From Schizosaccharomyces osmophilus (lineage: Eukaryota), in contig NC_079238.1 in NCBI RefSeq assembly GCF_027921745.1, forward strand, positions 2,046,001 to 2,110,000: a stretch of DNA of 64,000 nucleotides, written 5' to 3'. The notes beneath the pieces were generated by a model, which saw only the letters and a list, made by a program, of their open reading frames with translations, ran no database searches and was not told the DNA's origin. Both the position numbers and the translations under genes were made by a program. This document shows, in pieces, positions 61,922 to 64,000 of the stretch. Each line of letters begins with the position of its first letter. Position 1 is the stretch's first letter.

Positions 61922-63614
61922 TTAATCAGAGCATTTTTCATCATTTTTATCCCCTTTATCGCCTTCACCGACATATCCTTTGGCAATTCCCTTTTGCCCT
62001 TGATAAAGCTTGCTTGGAGCGGCATCCTCAGGCACAGAACTTAGACCAGTCCATGACCGAGATTGGAGATATGCGGCAGCAGGCGAGTATACACCGTTAA
62101 CTGTAAGATCCCGTTTAGAACGCTTTTCAACGGCGCTAGACCCATCCTCGTTCAATTTTCCTGTGTTATCTTCATCGGTATCCAAGGAAAGTTCTACATG
62201 CCTCATAGGTGCTGAATTAACAAGCTTACCCGTTACGAGACTGAAATGAGGACTTTCACTTTCTTCATGTAAAGCGTCGTTCTTTTCAGTATTGCTTTCT
62301 TGTTCTTCTGTCAATGAAAGCACACGATCAAATGATAATACACATTCATTTAACCAGGAAGTATCAGATGAAAGCGCCTTCATTAACTCGAAGGGAGTGA
62401 CAATTGGGCGATAGAAGTCCTAAATATCGTCAGTACAAAATCATCGGTAAAAATTCATACCCTACTATCAATTAAGCTGTTTTCACCACAAGCGATTAAA
62501 ACAAAACACTCTATTTCTTGGAAGTTGGCCAACTTTGCAGGATTCAATTTTCCAATGGCCAAAATATATGGCTTTTTACCAGCATTAAGAATAATCTTTC
62601 GAAGTCTATCTAATACATTTAGATAATTCGAGACACCCAAAGTACCAACGATGATACCAATCACACCTGCATCTCGACATTTCTGCACCAAAGCATAACG
62701 TCTTCGAAGTTTGGCACCGCCGAATGAGGATTCTTCAGTTATTGTCCCCTTTATAGGATCGAAAGACCAAAAATCTTTAACAACTGAGTAATGGGACATC
62801 AAAATGGATGTTAATGTGGGAGAGTCAGGTCCTACAAAAACCAAAGAAACATCGGCTAGCGTAAGATTTTCTGGTAAACGAAAAAGGCGTCCTGGGATGG
62901 TTGTACAGGCTTCCAATTCCAAATCAGGTTCTTCTCGTTTAACTAATGTGGACGCAATGATCGTTTTGAAGCCAGCTTCTTTCATCTTTTGAACAATAAG
63001 ATCTTGACAATAATACCACCGAGTATCGCTAACGATCAAAATTGGACTGTCAAGAGGGAACTTCTCTGTGAGATTGGTAACTATTTTGTTCGCATCAATT
63101 GGTAGTCTTCCAAATACATAAAGAACAGGAAGTCTGGATGTACTAAAATAATTGTTAGAAATTACGTCTTGTAATATGTCAACATACGGAGAAAGACATG
63201 CTCTTCCATAGTGCACAATGGCATCTGCAAACATGTGTTCAGCAGCTACTTCATCGACGCAGCAGCTTCCGTAATTTGTATCAGCAAGTACTTGAACAGT
63301 AGCATCCACTTGCTTAGAAATCAGCGATGCTACACGACCAGCATCTGCGAGATGTTCATCAGGAAATTGTAAAGCTACCTAAACCAAAATGCTTGTTAGT
63401 CAAACTGAACTGGCGTAATACATCAATCAATGCTGCAAAAAATAATAAAACTTACAGACTTATAACCGTTTGAGCGAATAAAGTCGACTGTTTTGTCCAC
63501 CTCAAATACATGCGACAAATCACCCTCAACTTTCAACGACTCGCCAATTGTCTTGGTCAATACGCTTTCCGAATTATCACTTAAGGGCACTGGAGCTGAA
63601 AGCTGGAAAGACAT
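61922..63614 (-). CDS. dph2: Diphthamide synthesis protein Dph2, three introns
   Basis: VALQFPD, LADTNYGSCCVDEVAAEH, GKLNPAKLANF, PHFSLVTGK, GIAKGY. Confidence 0.93.
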
Positions 63615-64000
63615 TCTCCTTACAATGATCTTTTGAAGTTTGCCCCTAGTATGTGTATTGGTTGAATCTAGTCAGTGCCAAAATCCGTACAAGATGGCAA
63701 TCCCAAGCAGTCAGGAATAGAAGAGATGCCTGCTCTAATTCAATTATCCTATTGCTATAGAATTGCAATAATTAGCGCTAGCAGATTGTTTACGTGTATG
63801 AAATTACAAGGGTTATTGAAGTTCAAACATTTACAGTAGCAAAGCAAAAGAAGCAGAATAACATCAATGAATATTTATATTATTAGTCTTCCATTGTAAA
63901 AAGCATTAACCATCAGCTTATCACACCAACGAAGTATTAAAAAAAATGAAAGACTTCATGTGTAATATAACTCCTAAAAACAAACTAAAATATTACATCT

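Overview
Gene-dense, AT-rich eukaryotic DNA from a fission yeast. The proteins are clear but diverged orthologues of S. pombe genes with short GT..CT(A/G)AY..AG introns, which fits an S. octosporus/cryophilus/osmophilus-type species; I cannot fix the species from this window. It holds about 32 protein-coding genes, one dispersed 5S rRNA gene (24137-24255) and one tRNA-Pro(TGG) (35960-36031). From my recollection of S. pombe gene order, two collinear blocks are present. The first is mss116-apl3-tip20-pfa5-pex10-aim22-TatD-pgr1-yvh1-DnaJ-MetRS-Siw14-like-aim19 (1-23.4 kb). The second is rpl5-srp1-rpl18-...-alp1-ndc80-imp2-tam11-npg1-dbp3-acr1-rrp43-dph2 (31.7-63.6 kb). They are joined by an ~8 kb non-syntenic segment that holds the most interesting signals: a 5S gene followed by ~2.7 kb with no recognisable gene but with clustered Mei4/forkhead FLEX motifs and orphan intron signals, an aldo-keto reductase lacking its catalytic Tyr and His, a RING E3 ligase, and an intronless, highly diverged Fis1-like gene under a perfect FLEX element. 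No transposon, LTR, CRISPR array or intact wtf driver was recognised. Intron-containing gene models were built by hand and gene names come from memory of S. pombe orthologues, not from a database search.
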